NCBI GenBank assembly: GCA_016710115.1
Contig: JADJLN010000001.1
Coordinates: 300,029-364,028 of the forward strand
DNA: 64,000 nucleotides
Reading direction: 5' to 3'
DNA from: Saprospiraceae bacterium
GTDB lineage: Bacteria; Bacteroidota; Bacteroidia; Chitinophagales; Saprospiraceae
The translations under genes were made by a program, and so were the position numbers. Below the pieces are notes generated by a model. It ran no database searches. It saw only the letters and a program-made list of their open reading frames with translations, and was not told where the DNA came from. Numbering within the stretch: the stretch's first letter is position 1; each line of letters opens with the position of its first letter. Positions 39,081 to 48,649 of the stretch are shown here, piece after piece.

Positions 39081-41588
39081 TTAATCTGGTTCGAATCCGA
39101 TGATGAAGTTGAACTGGCCATATTGCGACCATTTGCTGTTGTCCGGCAGGTTCTTATCGAATCCGAATCCGTAGTCGAAGCCGAGCAATCCGAACATAGG
39201 AAGGAAAACACGCAGACCGGCTCCGGCAGACCGGCGCAGGTCAAACGGGCTGTATTCCCGGAATGTCCGCCAGGCATTGCCACCTTCAGCAAAACCAAGA
39301 ACATAGATAGTTGAACTTGGGTTGAGCGAAATGGGATATCGGATTTCTATCGTGAATTTGTTAAAGACTGTACCGTAGCCCGCATTGTTTGCAGGCAGAT
39401 CACCCACATCATATCCCCGCATGGAGATGAGTTCATTACCGATAAAGAATGCTCCCTGGTTGGCGAGTCCTGCACCACCAACTTCAAATCGTTCGAAGGG
39501 GATGGTTCCTTTATCGGGATTGTAATAACCCAGAAAGCCGAATTTTGCGGCAGCCCGGAGGGTCAGCTTTTCGATCAACGGCGTATACCACTCGGTGGTC
39601 AGACGGATCTTGTGGTATTCGAGGTATTTGAATTTTGCCTCAGCATCCTGTAGTGCAAAATTGGTCAGCGGCTGGAACCAGGAGTAGGGCGGACTGAGCT
39701 GAGCTGAAAGCTGAACCAGAGAACCACTTCTGGGGAAGGTCGGGTCGACGATGGTATTCCGGGCCAGGGTCAGTTTGAGGTAGAAGTTGTTGAATTTTCC
39801 CTTGGTGATGGTACTGCCATCGTCCAGGAAGAATCGGGAATAATTCTGGAGGTTGAGGGTCTGGAAGTTGAGGGCCCCGGTCAGGATAAAGTTGTCGTCC
39901 GGCCAGCGGAGCCGGTTGCCCAGGGAAACTGTCAGGTTGAAAATGTCCAGTCCACTGTAGGATTCTGAGGATCGACTCAGACCATTTGACACCGAGTTGA
40001 AAAAAGCGGCAACGGTAAAGTTTCGTGGCTTTTTACCACCCAACCAGGGCTCAGTGAAAGAGGCATTATACGACTGGAAGAAGCGGCTTCCGCGTTGTGC
40101 ACGAATGGACAGGCGCTGACCATCTCCCTGAGGCAGCGGATGCCAGGCTTCCGGGCGGAAAATATTCCGCATGGAGAAATTGTTGAACGACACACCCAAT
40201 GTGCCGATCACACCCTGATTGACACCGCCCCAACCGGCTGATAATTCCAGCTGATCGGACGGTTTTTCTTCCAGGGTGTATTCGATGTCGACCGTACCCC
40301 GCTGTGGATTGATGGGGGTATTGATCGGCATATTTTCCTGGTTGAAGTAGCCCAGGTTGATAATTTGTCGTTGGGAGCGAATAATATCTGACCGACTGAA
40401 TTTGGCACCGGGTACAGTGCGCAGTTCGCGGCGGATCACATGGTCATGTGTGCGGTCGTTGCCGTTGATCACCACTCTGTCGATCGTCGCCTGAGGGCCT
40501 TCATACAACCGGATCTCCAGGTCGATAGAATCGCCTTCAATGGATGTCTCTACCGGGTCTGCCTGGAAAAAGCGGTATCCGTCATCCATGTACAGGGAGC
40601 TGACATCAGCTCCATCCATAGAAAAGGTGAGGCGGCTGTCGAGCAGTTCTGTATTGAATACATCACCTTTGCTGATCTGGAGGACCCGGGTCAGGGTAGC
40701 GTCATCATAGATGTAATTGCCTCGCCAGGCGATGTTGCGGAAGTAGTAGATGTTTCCTTCGTAGACATCCATGTGGATACGCACACGACCATGTTTGTCG
40801 CGCCAGACCGAATCCCTGAGGATACGTGCATCACGATATCCCTGCGAATTGTAGTAGGCGATCACTTTTTCCTTGTCTGCCTCGTATTCGTCGGCGATGA
40901 GCTTGGAACTGGTAAAAATCTTCCAGCGATGCTTGGTTTCCTTCATCTGCTTGCGCAGCTTCCGGTCTTTGACAGCGGTGTTGCCATCAAAACTGATCCA
41001 GGCGATTTTCACACGGTCGCCCCGGTCAATATCAAAAATGAGTTTGATCGCATTGATCAGCTGGTCATCTTTTTCCTCGATGACATCCACTTTGGCATCG
41101 AGGTAGCCCTTTTCAACATAATATTCCCGGAGTGCATTCTGGCAGCTGACACGGTTATTTTCGGTGATGATGGTGCCTTTGACGAGATATTTATTGACAA
41201 TCTCATTGAGGTCGTCATGGGCCGATTTTTTTACACCGCGAAAGGTGTGTCGTGCAAATCGGGGCCGCTCGGTAACGATGATCTCGAGAAAGATCACATC
41301 GCCGATCCGTTTTTCTTCGACGATCTGGACATCTGTGAAGAGTTTGAGCTTCCACAGCGCTTTTAATGCGCGGGCGATATTGTCGCCGGGGAGATTGATC
41401 TTGCCTCCGACCCGGAGACCGGATACTGCGGTGAGTGCGTTGGCATCGGAGTTATTGGCGCCGGTGATCCGGATGCCGCCCACTTCCAACTCTTTCGGGT
41501 CGTCCGTGTAGTCGATTGTCTGGAGGTCTTCCTGAGCAGTGGCAAACAGACCGGCAAGCAGGAAGAGGGGGATAAAGACGAGACGCAT
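39081..41588 (-). CDS. bamA: Outer membrane protein assembly factor BamA (Omp85 with POTRA domains).
   Basis: Signal peptide MRLVFIPLFLLAGLFATAQ. POTRA repeats follow, and the C-terminal beta-barrel ends ...FNFIIGFEPD. The start was chosen at ATG 41588 within ORF-track 39081..41909. Confidence 0.9.
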   Translation of the reverse strand: MRLVFIPLFLLAGLFATAQEDLQTIDYTDDPKELEVGGIRITGANNSDANALTAVSGLRVGGKINLPGDNIARALKALWKLKLFTDVQIVEEKRIGDVIFLEIIVTERPRFARHTFRGVKKSAHDDLNEIVNKYLVKGTIITENNRVSCQNALREYYVEKGYLDAKVDVIEEKDDQLINAIKLIFDIDRGDRVKIAWISFDGNTAVKDRKLRKQMKETKHRWKIFTSSKLIADEYEADKEKVIAYYNSQGYRDARILRDSVWRDKHGRVRIHMDVYEGNIYYFRNIAWRGNYIYDDATLTRVLQISKGDVFNTELLDSRLTFSMDGADVSSLYMDDGYRFFQADPVETSIEGDSIDLEIRLYEGPQATIDRVVINGNDRTHDHVIRRELRTVPGAKFSRSDIIRSQRQIINLGYFNQENMPINTPINPQRGTVDIEYTLEEKPSDQLELSAGWGGVNQGVIGTLGVSFNNFSMRNIFRPEAWHPLPQGDGQRLSIRAQRGSRFFQSYNASFTEPWLGGKKPRNFTVAAFFNSVSNGLSRSSESYSGLDIFNLTVSLGNRLRWPDDNFILTGALNFQTLNLQNYSRFFLDDGSTITKGKFNNFYLKLTLARNTIVDPTFPRSGSLVQLSAQLSPPYSWFQPLTNFALQDAEAKFKYLEYHKIRLTTEWYTPLIEKLTLRAAAKFGFLGYYNPDKGTIPFERFEVGGAGLANQGAFFIGNELISMRGYDVGDLPANNAGYGTVFNKFTIEIRYPISLNPSSTIYVLGFAEGGNAWRTFREYSPFDLRRSAGAGLRVFLPMFGLLGFDYGFGFDKNLPDNSKWSQYGQFNFIIGFEPD

Positions 41589-41670
41589 ATGTTGGAAACA
41601 GGTATTGAACGTGCAAAAAACGAAATGAAACGGGTATTCGCGCCCTGTCGCTGGTTGTCTTAACATCATT

Positions 41671-42423
41671 TTAAACGTTCTGTGAGGAAAGTTGGTCAGA
41701 GGTCTTTCCAAACCGACGTTCCCGATGCTGGTAGTCGAGGAGGGCTTCCTGAAAATGCTGACGTCGGAAGTCAGGCCACATGACCGGCGTGAAGACCAGT
41801 TCAGCATAGGCAATTTGCCAGAGAAGGAAATTGCTGATCCGTGTTTCACCACTGGTTCTGATGAGGAGTTCGGGGTCAGGAATGCCTGCCGTATCCAACT
41901 GCTCGGCAACCGTTTGTTCGGTGATCTGGTCCGGGGTCAGAGTGCCGGCTGCGATCCGATGAGCGATCTTTCTTGTAGCCTCTGTGATCTCCCACTTGGC
42001 GCTGTAGTTGAGGGCGAGGATGAGTGTCATCCGCTCATTCTGGCGTGTTGCCTGGATGGCTTCTTCCAGGGCAGCAGCGGTTTTTTCAGGCAGTCGTGAC
42101 CGATCGCCTATAGTCTGTAATCGGATCTGATTTTCCTGAAGGGTCTTGATCTCCTTTCGTATCGTCTGGACAAGGAGGCTCATCAATGCATTGACCTCCG
42201 TTGCTGGTCGACTCCAGTTTTCCGTTGAGAACGCATACAGAGTCAGATACTGGATGCCGATCTCGGCTGCGGCTTCAGTGACTTCACGAACGGATTTGAC
42301 GCCGTTTCGATGACCGAACACGCGAGGCTGTCCATGGGACTTGGCCCAACGACCGTTTCCGTCCATGATGATGGCCACATGACGGGGTAGGCGAGCAATA
42401 TCGATCCGGGATCCAGACTCCAT
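41671..42423 (-). CDS. uppS: Isoprenyl transferase / undecaprenyl diphosphate synthase.
   Basis: HVAIIMDGNGRWA, LTLYAFSTENWSRP. This is the classic uppS-bamA neighbourhood. Confidence 0.9.
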   Translation of the reverse strand: MESGSRIDIARLPRHVAIIMDGNGRWAKSHGQPRVFGHRNGVKSVREVTEAAAEIGIQYLTLYAFSTENWSRPATEVNALMSLLVQTIRKEIKTLQENQIRLQTIGDRSRLPEKTAAALEEAIQATRQNERMTLILALNYSAKWEITEATRKIAHRIAAGTLTPDQITEQTVAEQLDTAGIPDPELLIRTSGETRISNFLLWQIAYAELVFTPVMWPDFRRQHFQEALLDYQHRERRFGKTSDQLSSQNV

Positions 42424-42587
42424 GTTCTACGAATAGCCTGCAAAGTTACGAAGAATGGGCGATGCCGCTCATCCCGGATCGTACAATCTGGATATCGTGC
42501 ATATCCTTCACCACAGCAGTGCCGGAAACAGGAACGCCCTTCTATCCAACCGGATGGAAGGGCGTCAGAAGATCTTATATCAGGCAG

Positions 42588-43148
42588 TTACTGAATGATC
42601 AGATCAAATTCAACCTGTACATCAGTTTCTCCCCCGGCATTGGTGATATCTCCCTGGGCAACCCCGGCGGCTCCTTTGTCGAGGTCATGTCGCAGCGTGA
42701 CCTGGAGTTTGCCCGAAGCAACATCGCCGGTCGTGATCGTTGTTTCCAGACCGATCGGAGCACCATTAGCATCCGTATCATCATAGGAAAAGGAGAGGGT
42801 AATGCCTGTTGTGGTGGCAAAAAAGAACTGATGTTCGGTGCCTTCATCGCGAACTTCCTGTGTGATATCCGTAGCCGGAGTTTTCGTTTCGTTGAGCAAT
42901 TCGAGACTGACGGTATAGGTGGTGTTGGCAGCCAGGGGGCCTGAAACCACTATCGGTGCATTTCCACCTTCGCCATCCGGGTCACGGAATTGGAAGACTA
43001 CGGGCAATCCACTGCCCTGTGGAGTCCAGGTCATGGTCAGTGTGGTGATCACTTCTTCTTCATTGACCGGATCGGGGTCTTTCCCGCAGCCGGAGATCAA
43101 CACGGCAAAAGTGACGAGGAATGCAGGAAGAATGAGTTGTTTGAACAT
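42588..43148 (-). CDS. Lipoprotein of unknown function (186 aa), encoded immediately downstream of the TonB-dependent receptor.
   Basis: Lipobox LISGC at the start MFKQLILPAFLVTFAVLISGC. The rest is beta-rich and Thr/Asp-rich. Confidence 0.55.
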   Translation of the reverse strand: MFKQLILPAFLVTFAVLISGCGKDPDPVNEEEVITTLTMTWTPQGSGLPVVFQFRDPDGEGGNAPIVVSGPLAANTTYTVSLELLNETKTPATDITQEVRDEGTEHQFFFATTTGITLSFSYDDTDANGAPIGLETTITTGDVASGKLQVTLRHDLDKGAAGVAQGDITNAGGETDVQVEFDLIIQ

Positions 43149-43158
43149 CTTGATCGAT

Positions 43159-45442
43159 TTAAAAGTGAACAAAGGTTTTGAGGTAGATATTCCGACCGGG
43201 GGCATCAGCAAAGTATCGCAGTCGGTCAAGGTATTCGCGATAGGGCCGGTTGAGGAGATTGTCCACGCCTGCGGTGATCCGGGTTTTGCCCCGGGACCAT
43301 TCGGCGGTGAGACCCACGATGGCATAGCCAGCGGGTGGAGGAGCAAAATCGTCAACCGGGCTGTGATCCTGGCGAAGGACTTGACGGATCTGAATGCCAG
43401 CTGACAAAGATGCCTGTGTTTCATTCGGCTGGTTGTGCAGAAGCAGACTGTGACGAAACTGAAGGGGAGGCATCCCAAACAGAGGACTGGCGTGTTGCAG
43501 GTCATCAGCCCATAGCAACGCAGCTTGTCCCTGATAATCGAGCCAGGACGTGACAGCGAAACTCAAATCCAGATCGACCCCCGTGAGCAGTGCATTGGTC
43601 TGTTGATAGTAGAAAACCGGAAATGCCCCCCGTATAGTCAAATCGTAATCGCCAGTCGGTCGGAGATAGATCAATCCGGTGATCGGGTTGATGTATGTTG
43701 AGAGGCTGACCGTGAAACTGGCTGTTGATGCAGGATGGTGAGGACTGTTTTCAGGCTTCGTTCGATGTCCAGGCTGTCATTGCCGATCTCGAGGGCAGCT
43801 GTTGAATGGTGGAGGCCTTCGCTGAACAGTTCGTTCGCGCCAGGTGCGCGAAAGGCAGAAGGCGATCTGGAGGTTGGCTTGCGAGGGGAGGAGAAGCGAT
43901 GCAGGCCTCCGATGGATGCACTGAAGTTGATCCAGTCAAATGCAGGTCGGATGATCTGGTCCTGCTCGTTGAACTTTGCTACAGACAGGTATCGGTAGTC
44001 AGATCGAATGCCCGCTTCCAATTCCCAGGAATTGCGGATGTACCGTTCAAAGGCAAACAGGGAAGCAGTGGTGCTGGTAAAGTTGGGAATGAGGGGCCGT
44101 ACCCCGGTGCCGGGCACATTGTAGTTGGTCTGATATTGGGCACTGGTCCCCACGGTGCCGGACAGATGACGCCAGGGGCGGTGATCGGCCAGGACTTCTG
44201 CTTGCTGACTGATGATGGTCAGATCGAGAGCCGGAATGTCATCCCGGTCGCCTCGACGGATATCGAATTCCTGTCGTTTGTCCACCTGGAGACTGTAGCG
44301 ACCCTTGAGGGTCCACATCTCGGAAATCTTTCGGCTGGCTTCGATTTTCGCCAGATGATGAATGACTTGCTGACGGGGATTGAGGATTTCATACGTAAAG
44401 GGATTCTGTACCCAGGGCTCGCTGGCCATGATAGCTGCCTGCAGATCGGTCAGGTTGCCTATATGGGCGGCACGGAGAATGCCGAACTCAGCCTGATACA
44501 AGCTGTAATAGAGATCCAGTGTACCCTTGTTGGCGGTATAACCAGTCTGGGCGGAGAAGCCCCATTCCCGCTGACCGGTATTGGACAGGATGTAGTCAGG
44601 CGCATACTGGTCGCCGAGGAGACGGAGTGATCCAGTCGCTCGCCATCCCCAGCCGGGTTGGCGAAAACCGCCTTCGATGCGACCGGCTATTTTCCCACCG
44701 CGGCCATTGGACTGGAGGTGAGTCATCAGTGACCCGGTCAGGCCGGGAGAGCGTGGCAAGGGGTCGGGTTTCACCAGGATCACTCCGGCCAGGGCATCCG
44801 GACCAAAACGCACACCTTCTGCACCTTTGATCACGGTCATGGTGCCGGCGACAGTAGGGTCGATCTCCGGGGCGTGATCGATCCCCCACTGTTGTCCTTC
44901 CTGTCGGACATCATTCTGAACGATCAGGATCCGATTGCCATACAGGCCGTGGATCATCGGTTTGGCGATGCCAGGCCCGGTTTGTACCAGGCTTACTCCG
45001 GATATGGATTCAAGCATTTGAGACAGGGATCGACCCTGAAGGCGTTCGAGCGTCTGGCCTGACAGGTCGGTTCTGGTTTGGGCCGGTGCATCCGCAACCT
45101 TTGGCGCAGTAGTCACTACCTGGTCGAGCAATTCAATATGGTGCTCCGGACGGAAGTTCAGAATCGTATCCCGCGTCAGGAGCAGCCTGATTTCCACAGG
45201 TTCGCAGCCGATATGTGAGCAGACCACGGTCATCTGTCCGGAACAAAGCCCGGACAGGGTGTAGGCACCCAGGCTGTCAGCCAGTGTACCCTGTCCTGTT
45301 TCCAGGACGTAGATGGTTGAATAGTCGAGCGGGGTGTCGTCGTGTTCGTCCAACACTGTCCCACTCAACTGCAGGTTACATTGTCCTTGAAGCTGCGGGA
45401 TCCTGCGATCAAGAGGACAATGACCCAAAGGGTCTTGTTCAT
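43159..45442 (-). CDS. TonB-dependent outer-membrane receptor with at least 2 apparent frame changes (near 45370..45400 and 43674).
   Basis: Signal peptide MNKTLWVIVLLIAGSRS is in one frame. An N-terminal carboxypeptidase-regulatory-like region and plug follow (LSGTV..., ...IKGAEGVRFGPDALAGVILV). The C-terminal barrel ends ...NIYLKTFVHF (terminal aromatic) in the 43159..43674 fragment. Confidence 0.8.
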
Positions 45443-45485
45443 GTATGGTTAAGACTGAAAAACAAAAAAAAGGATGGAAAGCGCA

Positions 45486-45812
45486 TCACACTGCAGAGGG
45501 AGGTCCTCTTAGCGCATAGCCGATGTGGACGTCGGCAGGAAGGGCATCAGTCCACCGGAAAGTGGGCATGTGCTGGATGACCGGAAAACAGGTCAGCGTG
45601 GCGTTGGAAGAGACCGGAAGTGGAAGGGAAAAGACAAAATCACAGAGGGCACAGCCTTCGTGCTCCTGGTGAAAATGCAGATCGCTCTGGGCGTTGCACA
45701 CCGGGTGGTGATGCAGGTCGGGATTGTGCCAGCTGCGGATGGAATAGGCAGAGACAAGCCCGACCAGCAAGGTCAGGGAAATGAAGCTCCTCCATGTCGT
45801 GGACAAATCCAT
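45486..45812 (-). CDS. Small secreted protein (~108 aa) with His-rich and Cys-containing motifs (HNPDLHHHP, CALCDF). Possible metal-binding protein upstream of the TonB-dependent receptor.
   Basis: Signal-like MDLSTTWRSFISLTLLVGLVSA. Metal binding is inferred from composition only. Confidence 0.4.
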   Translation of the reverse strand: MDLSTTWRSFISLTLLVGLVSAYSIRSWHNPDLHHHPVCNAQSDLHFHQEHEGCALCDFVFSLPLPVSSNATLTCFPVIQHMPTFRWTDALPADVHIGYALRGPPSAV

Positions 45813-45837
45813 CAGGATAAAGATACACGAAAAAGGG

Positions 45838-45872
45838 CCCTGCTGTTCACAACAGGGCCCTTTTTCAGATTT
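45838..45872 (-). terminator. Intrinsic terminator after the cyclophilin gene 45886..46769.
   Basis: AAGGGCCCTG-ctgttcacaa-CAGGGCCCTT hairpin, with a T5 run on the minus strand. Confidence 0.7.
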
Positions 45873-45885
45873 TATTAACCAGGTG

Positions 45886-46769
45886 TTATTTGACGACACG
45901 CATGATCATCCAGACATTTTCGGCAGGACGATCACCCGGTTTTGTTTTTGCTGCTGCGATCTTGTCGATGACATCGAGTCCTTCGATGATGCGGCCAAAA
46001 ACGGTGTAGTCCTGGTCCAGATGTGGTGTGCCACCGAGTTCTTTGTACGCGGCGCGTTGTTCGGACGTATAGCGGAATCCTTTTTTTGCTTCGATCTGAT
46101 CGAGAATACTATCCGTCACCTTGTTGCCATCGACGATATAGAATTGCGAGCCGGATGACTTCTTTTGCGGGTTGACCTGATCGCCCATTCGTGCGGCGGC
46201 AATGGCCCCTTTGATATGCGCCAGGTCGTCTTGAATTCCGCATCAATCTGATAACCTGGACCGCCGGAACCAAGGCGAGCGGATTCATCGGCTCCCCGGG
46301 AGTTTGGATCTCCACCCTGGATCATGAAATTGCGAATGACCCGGTGAAACAGCAGGCTGTCATAGAATTGCTGTTCGACGAGGTGCATGAAATTGTCGCG
46401 ATGAAGCGGGGTTTCGTTCGACAGCTCAGCAATCATATTGCCATAGGGTGTCTGGATCTCGACCAGGCAAGGGACTGGGGCAGTGATTTGAATTGTTTTT
46501 TCCATTCGGTGGATATTGTCGCCTTTGGAGGCGGTGAGGGCGATGGTATAATTTCCCGACAAGGTATAGGAGTAAGTCGGATTCATTTCGCTGGATGAAT
46601 CGCCATTGCCAAATTCCCACAGCCAGGTGTCGGCATGGCGCGACAGATTGGTGAATCGGACTTCTGCCGGTACCGGACTGTCCTGTCCGGAATAGGTAAA
46701 ATCGGCGATGGGTTTTGCGCAGGAACTCAGGACCAGAAGGGTCAGGACAAGTGTAGTTTGACTATTCAT
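45886..46769 (-). CDS. Cyclophilin-type peptidyl-prolyl cis-trans isomerase with an N-terminal PKD-like domain, lipoprotein. There is an apparent frame change at ~46150-46190.
   Basis: Signal/lipobox LVLSSC. Then [15 protein letters not shown] (cyclophilin signature). The C-terminal fragment 45886..46188 (SQFYIVDGN..., [17 protein letters not shown]) is in another frame. Confidence 0.8.
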
Positions 46770-46775
46770 ATCAGG

Positions 46776-47426
46776 TTATTTCTCCAGAAGACGGACTTTC
46801 ATTCGGATGTCCTCGCTCGGCCGGTCATTTCTCGCAACGGGCAAGGCATTCATTTTTTCGACAATGTCCAGACCTTCAATGATCTCACCAAAAACGGTAT
46901 AATCCATGTCGAGGTATGGAAGGCCGCCTTTTTCTTTGTACAATTTTCGTTGTTCTTCGGAGTATTTGATGCCTTTTTTCTTTTCCCACAAATCCAGGAC
47001 GGAATCGTCCACACCGGATCCCCAAACGATGTAAAACTGAGATCCATTGCTCTTCCGGGTCGGGTTGATGTCATCATCCTTTCGTGCGGCACCGATAGCG
47101 CCCCGTACGTGAATGGCACCGATCTCCGGTTCGAGAAGGTAACCCGGGTCGCCATCACCGAGCAGGTCGAGGATATGGGCATCTTTGGATTTCGGGTCCC
47201 CACCCTGAACGACGAAGTCGGCCACGATCCGGTGGAAGAGGGTGTAATCATAGAACTCTTCCTTGACCAGCTTGATAAAGTTATCCCGGTGCACCGGGGT
47301 GGTATTGTACAGGCGAATGGTGATATCGCCATACCCCGTGGTGATCACGGCATAGGTGTAAGGATCCCGGTTGCAGGAAATCGAGGTCAGCAGGGCGATC
47401 AGGAAAAACAGGATGAGGCGATTCAT
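46776..47426 (-). CDS. Cyclophilin-type peptidyl-prolyl cis-trans isomerase, lipoprotein.
   Basis: FHRIVADFVVQGGDP, GSQFYIV, YTVFGEIIEGLDIVEK. The start is at MNRLILFFLIALLTSISC. Confidence 0.85.
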   Translation of the reverse strand: MNRLILFFLIALLTSISCNRDPYTYAVITTGYGDITIRLYNTTPVHRDNFIKLVKEEFYDYTLFHRIVADFVVQGGDPKSKDAHILDLLGDGDPGYLLEPEIGAIHVRGAIGAARKDDDINPTRKSNGSQFYIVWGSGVDDSVLDLWEKKKGIKYSEEQRKLYKEKGGLPYLDMDYTVFGEIIEGLDIVEKMNALPVARNDRPSEDIRMKVRLLEK

Positions 47427-47779
47427 GAGAACTCGGATTGCGATTCGCGAAAATACCGGATTATTAGTCGTTTTAGCCAATCTTCCTGTGTTTTCAGCCC
47501 GGTAGTGTCATGGATCCGGATCAGTTCATAGTGGGGCCACCCGTCCTCATCCCGGCCGGAAAAGGAATAATAGCCTTCCAGGCTGAGCAGGTGGCAGACG
47601 GCGATATGCATCAGGTCCTGCTTTTCTTCCTTGCTGAAGGTGGTCCTGACCTGGCCGAGTTCCTGTACACCGATCAGGAGCAGGATCGCATTCATATTGG
47701 GTAGTGCATCGTGTCCCAGTGATTCCTTGATCCTTGTGCGGACTTCCAGCCAGCCGAAATCGAGTTCCCAGTCTTCCAT
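47423..47779 (-). CDS. Hypothetical cytoplasmic protein (118 aa). Its stop overlaps the start of the downstream cyclophilin gene.
   Basis: Start at MEDWELDFGW, with no signal peptide or TM segment. The 4 bp overlap (ATGA) with the next gene suggests co-transcription. Confidence 0.4.
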   Translation of the reverse strand: MEDWELDFGWLEVRTRIKESLGHDALPNMNAILLLIGVQELGQVRTTFSKEEKQDLMHIAVCHLLSLEGYYSFSGRDEDGWPHYELIRIHDTTGLKTQEDWLKRLIIRYFRESQSEFS

Positions 47780-47879
47780 CGGGGGGCAAAAATAGGAAAC
47801 TTGGGGGTTTGGACGTTCCTGTGTTCCTGGTTCCTGGCAGAACCCATGATTCGGAACAGTGCCTGAGGATTTCACGGTT

Positions 47880-48400
47880 CCATTCGCCTGGTTTGGGAGT
47901 AGAACGTAGAATGTCAAATTGTGGAAATGTGGAACTGGAGAATTGTTGAACTGTGGAACTGGAGAATTGGACGAATTAGGATTTTGGGGCCCATTTTTTA
48001 TACCAGTTCTCCCCGTCAGCCGGGAAGAGGGGTCTGAAGTGTCGGTGTCATTCGAAATAACACAATATCTCAATCACGAAATAACGCAATCCTGACGGCC
48101 GAAGGCAGTAACCCCAGAACGAAAAACTGCCCTCATCGCTCATTCCTCATTCCTCATTCCTCGACTCGAGAACGATTGAAGCACCGTAGAACTGGAGAAC
48201 GATTGTGGAGAACTGAAGAACTGAAGAATTGGATGTATTGCCAGCCGGGAAGCAGGGGTCTAGAGTGGTGCTGTCCTTCGAAATAACTCAATCCTGACTG
48301 CCGAAGGCAGTAACTCAGTAACTCAATAACTCAATAACTCAATAACTCAATAACTCAATAACAAACTCCTTGACGGCATGGATAGCATGAGATAGAGATT
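47880..48400. repeat. Composite repeat block on the left flank of the T9SS-cargo island. It contains GTAGAA / CTGGAGAA word repeats, 18 bp TGTGGAACTGGAGAATTG x2, (TCATTCC)x3, and two copies of a ~60 bp unit [CCGGGAAG.GGGGTCT.GAGTG..GTC.TTCGAAATAAC...hairpin CTGCCGAAGGCAG]. An (ACTCAATA)x6 octamer lies at 48320..48362.
   Basis: Read directly from the sequence. It is homologous in word content and order to 53510..53995. Confidence 0.75.
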
Positions 48401-48649
48401 GTCGCTTGTCCATATGAATATCGGACGCGAAAGAGAGCCTGACCCAGATGGTTTCTTCCAGCTTTCCTCAGCTGAATCGGAGATGAATTAGTTTAATGGC
48501 TCTTCTTTTATCCTCATAATTGAGGACAAGGACATGATTTTATTGTTAAATTTCGGACAAATGGCTGTTTTTTTCCATTGACATATTGACTGGATGATCA
48601 GGAATGAGATAACTTAATGGCATTCTTCATCCTTTAAACCCCTTTTACA

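Noticed and set aside
39080-39100. tRNA-like T-loop sequence GGTTCGAATCC.
   Set aside because: It lies inside the bamA coding sequence (C-terminal codons). The flanking bases cannot form a T-stem, acceptor stem or anticodon arm. I found no tRNA cloverleaf anywhere in the window.
47880-48400. Possible CRISPR array suggested by the many direct repeats. The same applies to 53510..53995 and 60340..60700.
   Set aside because: The repeat units are 6-18 bp with no unique spacers of 25-40 bp between them. There is no leader or repeat-spacer periodicity and no cas genes. These are microsatellite or word repeats.
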